Notes: generated by a model from the sequence alone, not told the origin. Numbered from the stretch's first letter, positions 31,986-42,689 are shown. The stretch: DNA of 64,000 bases from an uncultured delta proteobacterium (GCA_963696385.1 CAVOKF010000001.1:128001-192000), one strand, 5' to 3'. Numbers and translations are program-made.

Positions 31986-34022
31986 ATGCGATTCGCAGAA
32001 CCATTCTGGCTTTGGACCGGAGCCCTCGTCGTAGGGCTCCTACTCATCCTGCGCGTTCGGAGCGAGCGCCTGACGACACGCGCGATCGCCGAGCTCTTGG
32101 GCGCGCGTCTCATCCACGCGCGAGCGATCCCCTCGCTCACCCGTCGAACCCTGCGCGTCGCGGCGGTGTGCTTCGCGGTCGCCATGGGGTTCGTTGCCTT
32201 GGCGCGCCCGCAGAAAGGAATGCAATGGCAAACGTTGGACCGGCACGGGACCGACCTTCTGCTGGTGGTCGATACGTCCAAGAGTATGAACGCGGATGAC
32301 GTTGCCCCCACACGTCTCGAGCGCACCAAGCTGGCCATCCGAGATCTGGTCGAACGATTTCCCGGAGACCGCATCGGCCTCGTCGCGTTCGCGGGCGATG
32401 CCTTCGTCGAGAGTCCCATGACGCTCGATCACGACGCTCTTCTCGAAACGCTCGGTGCCTTCGACACATCCATCATTTCACGCGGCGGGACCGACGTGGG
32501 CCGGGCCATCGACGTCGGACAGGCGGCATTGAACGCGGAGTCGGCCGATGACAAGGTGATGGTGCTCCTGACCGACGGCGAAGATCTCGAGAGCCGGGGG
32601 CTCGAGGCCGCCAAGCGCGCCGCCGAGGCTGGGATCACGATCCACACGGTGGGAGTCGGCACGGCCGCCGGCGAGCTCGTTCCGGCGATCAACGACCGGG
32701 GAGTCGCGGTGGGCCTCATGCGCGACGAGAACGGGGCTCCCGTTCGATCGCGCCTCGACGAAGCAGGCTTGCGGGCCATTGCTCAGGCCGCACACGGCAC
32801 GTACCGGCCGCTCGGTGCCGACGGACGCGGCCTCGATCGGCTCTATGCAGAGACGCTTGCACCGCTTTCCCACACCCAGCAAGGAGCGCGCGTGAGGCGC
32901 GTGTACGCCGAGTGGTTCGCGGTCCCTCTCGCGTTGTCGCTCTTCGGCATCGTGCTCGATGCACTGCTCGGATGGCGACCGCGATCGCGCGAACGCGCGA
33001 AACGCCCCCCCCTTGGATCACGGCTCGCTCGCCGCGGAGCCTCGGTGGCCGCGGTGGCGTCGATGGCGCTCTTTTCAGCCAGCGCGAGCGCGTCGGTGCG
33101 CGACGCGGAGAAGGCGTACGCAGCAGGACGCTTCGAGGATGCGGCGCGCGGGTACGAGGCCGAGCAGGCGCGCCATCCGGGTGACGCACGACTCGCCATC
33201 GACGATGCCGTGGCGGCGTATCGCGCAGGGCACTACGATGCGGCCGAGGCGGCCCTCGGTCGAGCGCTGCCGCTGGCCGACCCCAAACTGCAGCAGCGAG
33301 TCCTCTACGACGTGGGGGATGCTCGGTACCGTCTGGGTGCGACCACGCTCAGCGACGCCCCGGACAAAACGATCGAGCGCTGGAAGGCCGCCATCGCCGC
33401 GTACGACGGAGCGATCGCACTCGCCCCGGCCGACGCGGACGCGCGCTTCAACCGTGACTTCGTGCAACGCAAGCTTTCGGAGTTGGAGAACAAGCAGAAG
33501 CAGCAGCCGAAAGAACCGCCGAAGGACAAACCTTCGAAGGGTGATTCCAAAGGCCAGGACTCGCAGAAGAATTCTCCCGCACAGAGCGAGAAGGATTCCA
33601 CGGGCCAGGACTCGAACAAGGACCAACCCGCACAGAACGGCGGAGCGAGCGGCACGTCGTCGGATGGAACGTCGCATCCGAACGACACGAAGCCGAACGG
33701 CACGTCGGGCGGAGGCGGTTCGCGCGGCCAGAGACCCTCCGGCGCAACACCGGGCGGCGACTCACCCGACGGCCCGCGACCGGACCCTGCGGGCGCTCCC
33801 GGTCCTGGCGGCAAGGACCCCCGCAGCACAACGAGCTCGTCGACGCACGTCGATCCCGGCAACGCAGGAGAGTCCGATGGTTCGGGTGCGGCTCCGGGAC
33901 ATCTCTCGCGGCGCGATGCTCGCGCGCTTTTGCAATCGCTCCGAGGCGAAGAACGTCGCGGCGTGAATTTCGGTACAAGGGCGGCGCCGCCCAGCGCGGA
34001 TTCGCCGCTCAAGGATTGGTGA
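31986..34022 (+). CDS. batB: BatB (VWA)-BatC (TPR) fusion with low-complexity linker
   Basis: DTSKSM, DVAPTRL, LLTDGED, TPR-like helices, DARFN, polar linker, terminal KDW. Confidence 0.85.
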   Translation: MRFAEPFWLWTGALVVGLLLILRVRSERLTTRAIAELLGARLIHARAIPSLTRRTLRVAAVCFAVAMGFVALARPQKGMQWQTLDRHGTDLLLVVDTSKSMNADDVAPTRLERTKLAIRDLVERFPGDRIGLVAFAGDAFVESPMTLDHDALLETLGAFDTSIISRGGTDVGRAIDVGQAALNAESADDKVMVLLTDGEDLESRGLEAAKRAAEAGITIHTVGVGTAAGELVPAINDRGVAVGLMRDENGAPVRSRLDEAGLRAIAQAAHGTYRPLGADGRGLDRLYAETLAPLSHTQQGARVRRVYAEWFAVPLALSLFGIVLDALLGWRPRSRERAKRPPLGSRLARRGASVAAVASMALFSASASASVRDAEKAYAAGRFEDAARGYEAEQARHPGDARLAIDDAVAAYRAGHYDAAEAALGRALPLADPKLQQRVLYDVGDARYRLGATTLSDAPDKTIERWKAAIAAYDGAIALAPADADARFNRDFVQRKLSELENKQKQQPKEPPKDKPSKGDSKGQDSQKNSPAQSEKDSTGQDSNKDQPAQNGGASGTSSDGTSHPNDTKPNGTSGGGGSRGQRPSGATPGGDSPDGPRPDPAGAPGPGGKDPRSTTSSSTHVDPGNAGESDGSGAAPGHLSRRDARALLQSLRGEERRGVNFGTRAAPPSADSPLKDW

Positions 34023-34026
34023 ACCC

Positions 34027-35535
34027 ATGCACCGTCGAGTTGCCGTTGTCGGCGCCGTCCTGATGGCAGGTCTGGTCGCCACTCTCCAGTCGCCCGCGAC
34101 CGCGGCGTCTCCCTCTTCGGTCGCGGCCGTAACGGCTGCCACGCACCGCCCCCGAGCGTCGATTTACCTCACCATCGGGCGCGCCAGCGGATGGGTCGGG
34201 CAGGCCATCCCGATCACGGTGAGCGCCCGGTTCCGAGACGTGGAGGGCGTCACGCTCGAGGGAACCCCTCAACTTCAGTCCGATACCGTGTTCACCGCCG
34301 ATCTCGCTCGAGAGCCGCGCCAGTCGACCGAGATCACCGACGGAGAACCGATCCTCGTCGCCACTTGGGCAGGGACGATCACGCCCTCGACCGCGGGCCC
34401 CCTCGCCCTTTCCGTCGAGCTGCCGGTGCGCATTCGTTTCCACGAACCCGTGGCCCAAGCGCCGGCTGTCCACGACTCGTGGCAGGGGGATCCTTTCGGC
34501 GATCTGGACATCGATCCCTCCAACCCGGCAAGCATCCAGCGCCTGTTCCAGTCGTTTCAGCGGTCGTTCGCTCAGCCCTTCGAACCGTCGCTCGGACGGG
34601 CGCACGACGATGCCATCACGCTGAAGGCCGCGCCCGCCCCGACCGAGATCAAGGCTCTTCCGGGTGCCGGTCAGCCCCCCTCCTTCTCCGGCGCCGTCGG
34701 ACGATTCGACATCCGGGCATCCGTTGCCGCAACCCAGGTCCGCACGTCCGAGCCGGTCACGCTGAGAGTCACGGTCGAGGGTCAAGGCGATCTCGGCCGC
34801 GTCGATTTGCCCGGGATCGAGACGTCCGAGGATTGGAAGGCCTATCCCACGACCTCCAAGGTCGAAGCCCAACGCGGTGGGAGGCTCGGACGAAAGATGT
34901 TCGAGCAAGTTCTCATCCCCTTGCACGGCGGAAAGCTGACGATTCCGTCGGTCGCGCTCTCCGTATTCGACCCGATCGCCGCGCGGTACACGACCCTGCA
35001 GACGGCACCGCTGTCGATCGCGGTCGAGGGCGCACTCGCGCCGGCGCTTTCCGTCGCTTCACCGACGCCCACGGCCTCCCCGTCCCCCGTCGCGGCCACG
35101 GACCTTGCTACGCCGGTCGCCGCGGAGCCTCCGTCGCCACGATCGCTCGTCGAGAGTCCCACAACGTTGGGTTGGCTTCTCACCCCGGCTCTTGCGGCTC
35201 CCTTGGCGGCCCTCGGGATCGGGCTCTGGCGGCGACGCGATGAGGAGAAAGCCCTTCGCCAGACGCTGCGCCGCGCCGCCGCGCAGGGCAAAGTCGGCAC
35301 GTTCTTCGACGCGGCCCGCCGACTCATCGCGGTCCACTTCGCAAAGCGCTGGGGAATCCCGGAGGCCGAAGTGAACGGCGAATCTCTCCGAAAACACCTC
35401 GGTCCGACCGCCGACCCGCTGGTCGCGGCACTCTCGGCGGCCGACGCGTTGCGCTTCGGTCGGCGCACTCTGCAACCAACCGATCTCGACAACGTGTTTA
35501 TGTCCATCGAGGCCAGCCTGAGGAGCGCACCATGA
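34027..35535 (+). CDS. batD: BatD-like protein (short)
   Basis: FSGAVGRF, VTLRVTVEGQGDL, FDP, C-terminal TM; operon position. Confidence 0.78.
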   Translation: MHRRVAVVGAVLMAGLVATLQSPATAASPSSVAAVTAATHRPRASIYLTIGRASGWVGQAIPITVSARFRDVEGVTLEGTPQLQSDTVFTADLAREPRQSTEITDGEPILVATWAGTITPSTAGPLALSVELPVRIRFHEPVAQAPAVHDSWQGDPFGDLDIDPSNPASIQRLFQSFQRSFAQPFEPSLGRAHDDAITLKAAPAPTEIKALPGAGQPPSFSGAVGRFDIRASVAATQVRTSEPVTLRVTVEGQGDLGRVDLPGIETSEDWKAYPTTSKVEAQRGGRLGRKMFEQVLIPLHGGKLTIPSVALSVFDPIAARYTTLQTAPLSIAVEGALAPALSVASPTPTASPSPVAATDLATPVAAEPPSPRSLVESPTTLGWLLTPALAAPLAALGIGLWRRRDEEKALRQTLRRAAAQGKVGTFFDAARRLIAVHFAKRWGIPEAEVNGESLRKHLGPTADPLVAALSAADALRFGRRTLQPTDLDNVFMSIEASLRSAP

Positions 35536-36212
35536 GCCGGGACAAGAATTCTAGGGGTCGAACGAAGCTCGTTGCGTTCATCGCGGCCGCATGCCTCGCC
35601 TTCGGGGGAATCGGTGCCTTGGCGGCTCGCCATCTCTCGGTGGCGAGCGCCCAAGCTCGCAGCTGGGTGAATCAAGGCCAGACCGAGCTTGCCCGAGGCG
35701 ATCGGGCGGGGGCGGTCTTGGCGTTCGAGCGCGCGCGGCTGCTGTCACCCCGATCGGATTTCGTGCGGGCCGCACTGGTCGCGACGGATGCCCGGGACCC
35801 AGAAGCTTCGGTGGACCGCGCGGTCCGCTGGATCAGCCCGCGCGAATGGTTTTCTCTGACCGTGGCCTTCGGATGGGTCGCGGGCGTCAGCATCGCTCTC
35901 GAGATCGTGCGAAGGCGCCGAAGTCCGTTGGTTCGCCGCGTCGCGTTGGGCTCAGGCGTCGCCTTGCTGCTCAGCATGGGCGGCTTCGCGCAATCCAGCC
36001 TCTCTTCACGGGTGTTGGCCGTCGTCACAGGCCCCACCGGCGTTCTCGTCGCCCCCTACGACGCGGCGGGCGCGTCCGCCGACCTTCGCGCCGGAACGGT
36101 CGTCGTCACGGGTTCACGCTACGGTGGGTTCGTGCAGGTGCGTGGCCCCCACGATGCGCATGGATGGGTGCCGTCGAGCGCCGTCCACTTCGTCGTAGGG
36201 GCAAGCAGCTGA
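35532..36212 (+). CDS. BatE-like TPR/SH3 membrane protein
   Basis: AVLAFERARLLSPR, two TMs, C-terminal GWVP; operon position. Confidence 0.7.
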   Translation: MSRDKNSRGRTKLVAFIAAACLAFGGIGALAARHLSVASAQARSWVNQGQTELARGDRAGAVLAFERARLLSPRSDFVRAALVATDARDPEASVDRAVRWISPREWFSLTVAFGWVAGVSIALEIVRRRRSPLVRRVALGSGVALLLSMGGFAQSSLSSRVLAVVTGPTGVLVAPYDAAGASADLRAGTVVVTGSRYGGFVQVRGPHDAHGWVPSSAVHFVVGASS

Positions 36213-36264
36213 AGGAAAGGGGACGCCAAGCCCCCTCCCTTGAATCCTCGAGGACTAAACAGCC

Positions 36265-36699
36265 ATGTACGCGCGAATTTTAGTACCCACCGACGGCAGC
36301 GCATGCAGCGACCTCGCGATCGGCCATGGCGTGGCGATCGCCCGAGCGATGGGGTCCACCGTCACCTTCTTGTTCGTGATGGATACGCTCGGCGCCCGCT
36401 ACGAAGGCGTGGTGAACATGGCCGAAGCGCGCGACGCGCTGACGGCTCAGGGACAGGCGATCGTGCGGCGTGCCGAAGAGACGGCCGCCGACGCGGACGT
36501 ACGCGCGGTCGGGGAGCTGATCGAGGGCACACCCGCCGATGCGATCGCAAGCCGATCCGCGGACTTCGACCTCGTCGTGATGGGCAGCCATGGCAAAGGG
36601 CTCCTGAAGCGGCTCACGGTCGGCTCCGTGACCGAGGCCGTTCTGCATCGGATCGCGCGTCCACTTCTGCTCGTCCGGTGCCCTGAAGAGCGAGGGTGA
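36265..36699 (+). CDS. Universal stress protein (UspA family)
   Basis: ILVPTDGS, DLVVMGSHG, GSVTEAVL, PLLLV. Confidence 0.93.
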   Translation: MYARILVPTDGSACSDLAIGHGVAIARAMGSTVTFLFVMDTLGARYEGVVNMAEARDALTAQGQAIVRRAEETAADADVRAVGELIEGTPADAIASRSADFDLVVMGSHGKGLLKRLTVGSVTEAVLHRIARPLLLVRCPEERG

Positions 36700-36842
36700 A
36701 GCGGCAAATGGGCGTGCGGCATGGGCTCGGAGGCAGGTGCGCCCGATCGCACCGTGATGCATTTCGCCCGCCCTCGCTGCCGCACTCTCGCGCGAGCGCG
36801 CCTGGCCAAGTTGCTCGAGCAGAGCAGACGGACGAACCTGCC

Positions 36843-36931
36843 TCGCGAATTGCGAATCGCAATCTGCGATGGGTCGGATCGCGCGAACGTGTGGCGCGAT
36901 GCCACAGCCGTGACTTGTCGCATCACGCCGC
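36843..36931. promoter_or_regulatory. Cluster of palindromes, candidate activator sites
   Basis: ATCGCA-ATC-TGCGAT (36856-36870) and TGTGGCG-CGA-TGCCACA (36890-36906), plus weaker copies. Confidence 0.45.
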
Positions 36932-37017
36932 TCATGCCGCTTTTCCCGACAGGGTTACGCCGGGGAAAATGGACGGGCGGCCATTCCATGGACCGGTCGC
37001 GTCGATCGTTGTTTGTA

Positions 37018-37033
37018 AGGTACGCGTCTTGCA
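37018..37033 (+). promoter_or_regulatory. Candidate sigma54 promoter
   Basis: AGGTACGCGTCTTGCA upstream of 37131. Confidence 0.55.
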
Positions 37034-37130
37034 GTTTGCGTGTCGAGCCGGCTTGCGCCAGAGGTGAGCTCTGGGCAGTGGACCCGGCCGACACGGCAAC
37101 GAAGCACACACCCAAAGAACGGACGCCCCG

Positions 37131-37646
37131 ATGAGTGACAAGAATGCGGCAGTCGCAATCTACGAGTCCCACGCGCTGGCTGAAGCCGCAGTGAAGGAGC
37201 TTCAGCGATCCGGTTTCAACATGAAGAGCATCTCCATCATCGGAAAGGACTACCACACCGAGGAGAACGTCGTCGGCTATTACAATACCGGCGATCGGAT
37301 GAAGTATTGGGGCAAAATGGGGGCCTTCTGGGGCGGATTCTGGGGGCTCCTCTTCGGAAGCGGTTTCTTTTTCATTCCTGGGATCGGCCCCATCCTGGTC
37401 GCGGGCCCGATCGTGACCTGGATCGTCGCCGGGCTGGAGGGCGCTGCGGTCGTCGGCGGCATGGGCGCGCTGGGGGGAGCTCTCTTCAGCATGGGGATTC
37501 CCAAGGACAGCGTCGTCAAATATGAGACGGCCCTCAAGTCCGACAAATTTCTCGTCTTCGTGCACGGCACTGCCGAGAACGCGGCGAAGGCGAAACAGAT
37601 TCTCGACAAGGCGAGCGCCACGGAGACGACCGTGCATCTTGCCTGA
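37131..37646 (+). CDS. General stress membrane protein (DUF1269/17M-like), paralog 2
   Basis: GKDYHTEENVVGYYN, WGKMGAFWGG, GIPKDSVVKYE; paralog of 7944..8474. Confidence 0.82.
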   Translation: MSDKNAAVAIYESHALAEAAVKELQRSGFNMKSISIIGKDYHTEENVVGYYNTGDRMKYWGKMGAFWGGFWGLLFGSGFFFIPGIGPILVAGPIVTWIVAGLEGAAVVGGMGALGGALFSMGIPKDSVVKYETALKSDKFLVFVHGTAENAAKAKQILDKASATETTVHLA

Positions 37647-37901
37647 GCGAAGCCGTTGGTCGACGTTCGGCGTGCCCCAAGCAGGACACGCCCCTTGCAG
37701 GAGACGCCTTGACGACTGCACTCCAACGAGGCCGCCGCGGCAATCAGGCTCTCGAAGCGGCCGCATAACGGCGAAACACGAGTTCTGGCGAAGCGGGAGA
37801 GGCCGGCCCACAGCTCGCGTGGCCTCTCGGGGTTAGCGTATCCAGCAGGCTCATCCGGCTTTTCAGCCGGTGTGGCCCCTCTCGACGAATTCCGAGGCGT
37901 C

Positions 37902-38441
37902 ATGAACCACTGCATTCCCGTCGTCGTCGTCGCGCTCGTGTCCAGCGTTTTGGGCGGTTGCGCCACGCAACAGCCACAAAGCCCCGCGGCGGGCTTGACC
38001 GAGCCGATTCACCCGCCCGTTCCGCCGAACTTGGGGACGGGGCCTGGGACGGCGGAGATCGAAGACATCGGCGGGCCGTACAACATCTATGTCTCGGAGA
38101 CGATCCGCGTCTGCTCCGGGCCCGATCCCTTCTTCGCCTTCGATGTCTCCAAGCCGATGGGGGGCGACCAGCCGACCATGAGGAATCTGATCGCGTGCAT
38201 GGTCTCCGGACCTCTGCAGGGCAGGACCATCAAGCTTATCGGCCACACGGACCCGCGGGGGACCGGCGCCTACAACGAGCAACTCGGGCTCCAGCGCGCC
38301 GAAAAAGTCAAGAAGTTCCTCGTCGCGAGCGGCACCGACCCGGCGCGCATCCTGATCGCGTCGATGGGTGCGGAAGACGCAGCGACTGGACCGAGTTCGT
38401 GGCCCGCAGACAGGCGCGTTCAAATCGAGCTCGTCCCCTGA
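37902..38441 (+). CDS. OmpA/Pal-like lipoprotein, paralog 2
   Basis: Lipobox LGGC; GHTDPRG, YNEQLGLQRA, DRRVQI. Confidence 0.88.
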   Translation: MNHCIPVVVVALVSSVLGGCATQQPQSPAAGLTEPIHPPVPPNLGTGPGTAEIEDIGGPYNIYVSETIRVCSGPDPFFAFDVSKPMGGDQPTMRNLIACMVSGPLQGRTIKLIGHTDPRGTGAYNEQLGLQRAEKVKKFLVASGTDPARILIASMGAEDAATGPSSWPADRRVQIELVP

Positions 38442-38673
38442 CGTGGACTTCACGGTTCTCGTCTCGCCGCGGCCGCAGCTCGTGGTCGCGCCAGAACGGC
38501 GAAATCGCGACCGACTCCACCGGATGCGTCATCGGCCCATTCCGGCCTCCTATCGAACCGAGCCGTTGCGCGGCCAAATCCTCGCATGGCTGACGGTCGG
38601 CGGCTCCCGCTCTTCCGCCGCGTGCTCGTCCCCTCGAAAAGTTGCGGATCGCGTCGCGACGAGCCGCGTCGAC

Positions 38674-40872
38674 TCAGCTCGCCCCGATGTCGCCTCGTGC
38701 GTTCGGGTGGGTCAGAAGGTCGACGTAGTCCGCCAAGATCCGCTCCCCTTCGGACAAGACGATGTCGTCTGCCGCGGATCGGTCGTTCGGAAGCGGGTCC
38801 AGGTGGCTCGTCGCCGGGGACGACACCGGATCTGGGTCATTCGTCCGCGCGACGGGCGGTGGAAGGCCCGGCTCGGAGGCGTTTTCGAGGGTGATCGCGT
38901 ATGTGGTGGGCCGCGTCTCCCGAAGGCCTCCGTCCGCGCGCTCATCGTGACGCGCCTTGTCCAAGGCGAGCTCGTGGCGCCGGTCCGCTTCGTTCAGTGA
39001 AACGGATTTCGTGGCCAGCCGTTGCCTGAGGCGGGCGATGTCGTCCGCCAGGTAGCGGAAATCCTTGTCCGCCGCGACCCGTCGGGCGGACTCGTCGCGC
39101 AGGCGGGCGACATAGGGCTCCACTCGGTTCAGACGTTCGTACGAGGCGGACGGTACGGCGTCCCACGGCAGCGGGTTCTTCAGGGCCGACTCACTCACCT
39201 CGCTGATGTCGCTCGTCGACGGCAGCACGATGTCGGAGGAGACGCCGCGCAGCTGCGTCGAGGCGCCGCTCGGCCGGTAGAACTTGCTGATCGTGACTTT
39301 GAGGGCACCGGGGTCGTAGGAGTGTGCGAGGCCTGCCTGATCCATGATGCGTGCGAGCGGCAGGATGGTCTGCACCGTGCCCTTGCCGAAGGTCGAGGAA
39401 TCGCCCACAACGAGCGCCCGCCCGTAGTCCTGCAGAGCCCCCGCCAGGATCTCCGTGGCAGACGCGCTGAATCGGCTGGTCAAAAGGACCAGCGGCCCGT
39501 CGTAGGCCACGCCGGGATCGGTGTCGGCACCCACCTCGATCTCGCCGTTCGGGTTGCGCGTCTGAACGACCGGCCCCTGGCGAATGAAGAGCCCCGTGAG
39601 CGTGATCGCTTCCTCGAGCGATCCGCCGCCGTTGGTCCGGAGATCCAACACGATCCCCTCCACGTGCTCCGCCTTCAACTTGCCGAGCAGCCGTGCGACA
39701 TCCGCGGTCGCGCTGCGGCTCCCGGCTCCCGCGCCGTCGCCCCTGTCGGCATAGAACGACGGGAGGTCGATGACACCGAGTCGACGCGTCGCGTCGCCCT
39801 TGCCCGTGGGCAGGTCCACGATGCGGGCCTTGGCTTCCTGATCTTCGAGCTTAACCTCGTCGCGCGCGATCGACGCCGTCTTGAGAGGGAGTGCGCCGTC
39901 CGCGCCGTCCGCAGGCAGGATCTGCAGCGTCACAGTCGAACCCTTCGGACCGCGGATCAATTCAACGGTTCGGGAAAGTGGCATGTTCGTGACGTCGACG
40001 GGCTGCTGGCCGGCTTGCGCCACCGCGACGATGCGGTCGCCAGGCTTCAGAAGACCGCTTCGCGCCGCGGGGCCGCCCGGGACCAGGCTGCGAATCGTGC
40101 AGTAGCCTTCCGCGTTCTCGAGCGTGGCGCCAATGCCGAACAGCGACAATTTCATGCCGATGGCGAAACTCTCCATCTGTTCGTGCCCGAGATAGTCCGA
40201 ATGCGGGTCGTAGACATGAGCGAGTGCGTCCAGGTAGACCTCGAGCCACTCGTCGGGCTTGACAGCCTTCAGGGTCTGCAGCTGCTGCGCGTATCGGTGC
40301 GTCAGCGTGCTCGCGATCGTCTCCGGTCTCCGGTCGCCCAGCTTTTCTTGCAAGTACTCCGCCCGGAGCTGCTCGAGCCAGAGTTTTCGGGCCGCGGTCA
40401 GGTCGGCCGGCCGCGGCGCGTGCCCGCGATCCAACGAGTCGACGTCGTGTCCCGTGAAGTCGAATGTCGTGGTCCGCAGGGTGTCGGCCACATAAGAAGC
40501 CCGCTGATCCATCCGTGTTAGAACCCGCGCAAAGATGGCCTCGGCCGCCCGGGTGTCGCCTGCCGCTCGGGTGGCCTGCGGCAGCGTCGCGCGGTTCGCG
40601 GCGAATTCGTCGACGTCCGTTTGCAGGAAGAGCGAACGCGTTCCATCCAGGGCATCGAGGTAGCGATCGAGCAAAGCGCCGGCCAGATCGCTGTCGAACG
40701 GGTGATGCGCGAATTGGGAGTGTTCGAGCAGACTGGTCGTCAGCCGGGTGATATTGGCCTCCGTCGTGCGCGTGTCTGGCTCGGCGGCCGAACGACGCCC
40801 GAGTCCGGTCGTGGCAAAGACCACAACGAGGGCAAGAGCGACCAGAGGGGAGGCAAACTTTCGAAATTTCAT
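38674..40872 (-). CDS. Carboxy-terminal processing protease (S41, Prc/Tsp-like)
   Basis: Signal peptide, DPHSDY, PDZ (GIGA...IRGPKG), DLRTNGGG, SASATEILAGALQDYGRA, TFGKGTVQ. Confidence 0.93.
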   Translation of the reverse strand: MKFRKFASPLVALALVVVFATTGLGRRSAAEPDTRTTEANITRLTTSLLEHSQFAHHPFDSDLAGALLDRYLDALDGTRSLFLQTDVDEFAANRATLPQATRAAGDTRAAEAIFARVLTRMDQRASYVADTLRTTTFDFTGHDVDSLDRGHAPRPADLTAARKLWLEQLRAEYLQEKLGDRRPETIASTLTHRYAQQLQTLKAVKPDEWLEVYLDALAHVYDPHSDYLGHEQMESFAIGMKLSLFGIGATLENAEGYCTIRSLVPGGPAARSGLLKPGDRIVAVAQAGQQPVDVTNMPLSRTVELIRGPKGSTVTLQILPADGADGALPLKTASIARDEVKLEDQEAKARIVDLPTGKGDATRRLGVIDLPSFYADRGDGAGAGSRSATADVARLLGKLKAEHVEGIVLDLRTNGGGSLEEAITLTGLFIRQGPVVQTRNPNGEIEVGADTDPGVAYDGPLVLLTSRFSASATEILAGALQDYGRALVVGDSSTFGKGTVQTILPLARIMDQAGLAHSYDPGALKVTISKFYRPSGASTQLRGVSSDIVLPSTSDISEVSESALKNPLPWDAVPSASYERLNRVEPYVARLRDESARRVAADKDFRYLADDIARLRQRLATKSVSLNEADRRHELALDKARHDERADGGLRETRPTTYAITLENASEPGLPPPVARTNDPDPVSSPATSHLDPLPNDRSAADDIVLSEGERILADYVDLLTHPNARGDIGAS

Positions 40873-41088
40873 AGCGACTCCAAGGGCTCCACAGATGAAT
40901 GCCGCAGTAGAAATACGGAACGCGCCTCGGGAGGGAGGCTCGACCGTCACACAACGGGTTCCATCCTGGGTCTGGCCGATGACCCGGGCCTTGCGAGGAG
41001 ATGACAAGCGTGAAGGGATGCGGACGGCGCTTTCGTTACATCCCGTCAGTCGCTCCGGTGGCGGGGGGCGTGCTAAGTCTGGGCGGCG

Positions 41089-41293
41089 TCGAGCCATCGA
41101 GTTGCAAACCAAAGAATTCACCTTGCTCGAATGCTTGATGCGCCATGTTGGGCGCGCCGTCTCCAACCACTTCGATCCCCAGACCCACGTCGTGGACGAG
41201 CTCGTGAGCCGTCTGAGCGGCGAGATCGGTCGCGATTTTTCGCCGAGGCTCATCGACACGTTGCGCGGCGGTTATGTCCTCCGGGTCGATTAG
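41089..41293 (+). pseudogene. 5'-truncated, internally deleted copy of the regulator at 25009..25686
   Basis: RAIELQTKEF...HFDPQT...GYVLRVD* aligns to the intact gene with 30-bp and 3-bp in-frame deletions; receiver domain absent. Confidence 0.9.
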
Positions 41294-42689
41294 TCCGCGC
41301 CGGCCGCTGCAGGCCGCCGCGGCCACGCGCGCGACGGGGCCTCGTACGTGGCGATCGTTGGGGGCGCGGCTCGCACTTTGGTACGTGCTCGTCACCCTCG
41401 GCTCGTTTCTCGCCGCCGCGGCCGTCTTTGCCCTGCGCGTGCAGTCCTCGGTGCAACAGCAAGGTCAGCGCTCGGCCGAAAGCGCGCTGCAACGATACCG
41501 CCTCGCGCTTGAGAACGGGGGCGTCGCCGCACTCCAGGCGATGTTCGATTGCTCGTCGGGCCCCGGGCCCAGCATCGCGGTCCGGTTGACCGACGAGCGG
41601 GATGTCGAGTTGTTCGGCATTTCATCGGACGAGGCGTCCCGTCGCGTCGCCGCGGGTTCCTCCGAGCGCGGCGCGCAGGCAGCCGTGCCGATCGAGTGGC
41701 ACATTGCACGAGCCGAAGTGTCGCAGAGGCGACGCCTGTCGCTCGCGCTGCGCGATGAACCGACCCAACTGCTCTGGCGTGAGTTGCGAAAAACCTCCTG
41801 GCTCATTTTCGGTCTCGGACTCGGGCTGTCGATTGTCGGTGCGTTGATCATCACGCGACGAACTCTGCGACCGGTGACCGATTTGATGCGAGCGACCCAG
41901 CAAATCGTGGAGTCCGGTGACCTTCAGCTGCGCGTGCAGACGCGCGCGTCCACGGACGAATTGGCTCAGCTCACGCAGCTGTTCAACCGCATGTTGGCGC
42001 GCATCGAAGCGCTCGTGAAGGCCATGCGCGAATCGCTCGATTATGTCGCTCATGACCTGCGAACGCCGCTTGCGCGCCTCCGCGCGGGCGCGGAGCTCGC
42101 TCTCCGCCGTCCGGCTGAGGACACCCGCGCGCGAGACGCCCTCGCAGAGGTCATCGATGAATCGGACCGGATCCTCCGAATGCTCACCACGTTGACGGAC
42201 ATCGTCGAAGCCGAAGCGGGCGCAATGCGGCTTGACAAGCGCATCGAAGACTTCGGCACGATTGTCCGCGAAGCCGTGGTGCTCTACGATTTCGTCTCGA
42301 AGGACAAGGGCGTAACGGTCGTGACACACATCGCCGGGGACGCCAAAGTCTTCGCGGACCGCCGCCGCCTTTCGCAAGTCTGCGCCAATCTCATCGACAA
42401 CGCCATCAAGTACACCGCGCCAGGAGGGCGCGTGGAGGTCGCCATCGCTCCGGACGGGGATTGGACGATCCTGCGAGTGTCCGATACGGGAATCGGCATC
42501 GCGCCCGAAGATTGAGATCGTGTCTGGGACCGACTCTTCCGGGCCGACCGAAGCCGTGGGGAGCCCGGGCTCGGACTGGGCCTTTCGCTGGTGAAGGCAG
42601 TCGTCGAAGCGCACGGGGGGGAGGTGCGTCTCGAAAGTACGCTCGGCGCGGGATCGATGTTCGAGGTTCGCTTGCGACGCGCGCCCTGA
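41274..42689 (+). pseudogene. Sensor histidine kinase with an in-frame TGA at 42513-42515
   Basis: HAMP, AHDLRTPL, NLIDNAIKY, DTGIG; after the TGA the frame continues DRVWDRLFRAD...GLGLGLS...AHGG to a stop at 42689. Confidence 0.88.

Noticed and set aside
40873..41259. N-terminal extension of the S41 protease
   Set aside because: Antisense of the regulator relic; the signal peptide starts at 40872.
42513..42515. Selenocysteine or genetic-code reassignment of TGA
   Set aside because: Not a Cys-type position, TGA ends many genes here, and a CGA-to-TGA change or error is simpler.
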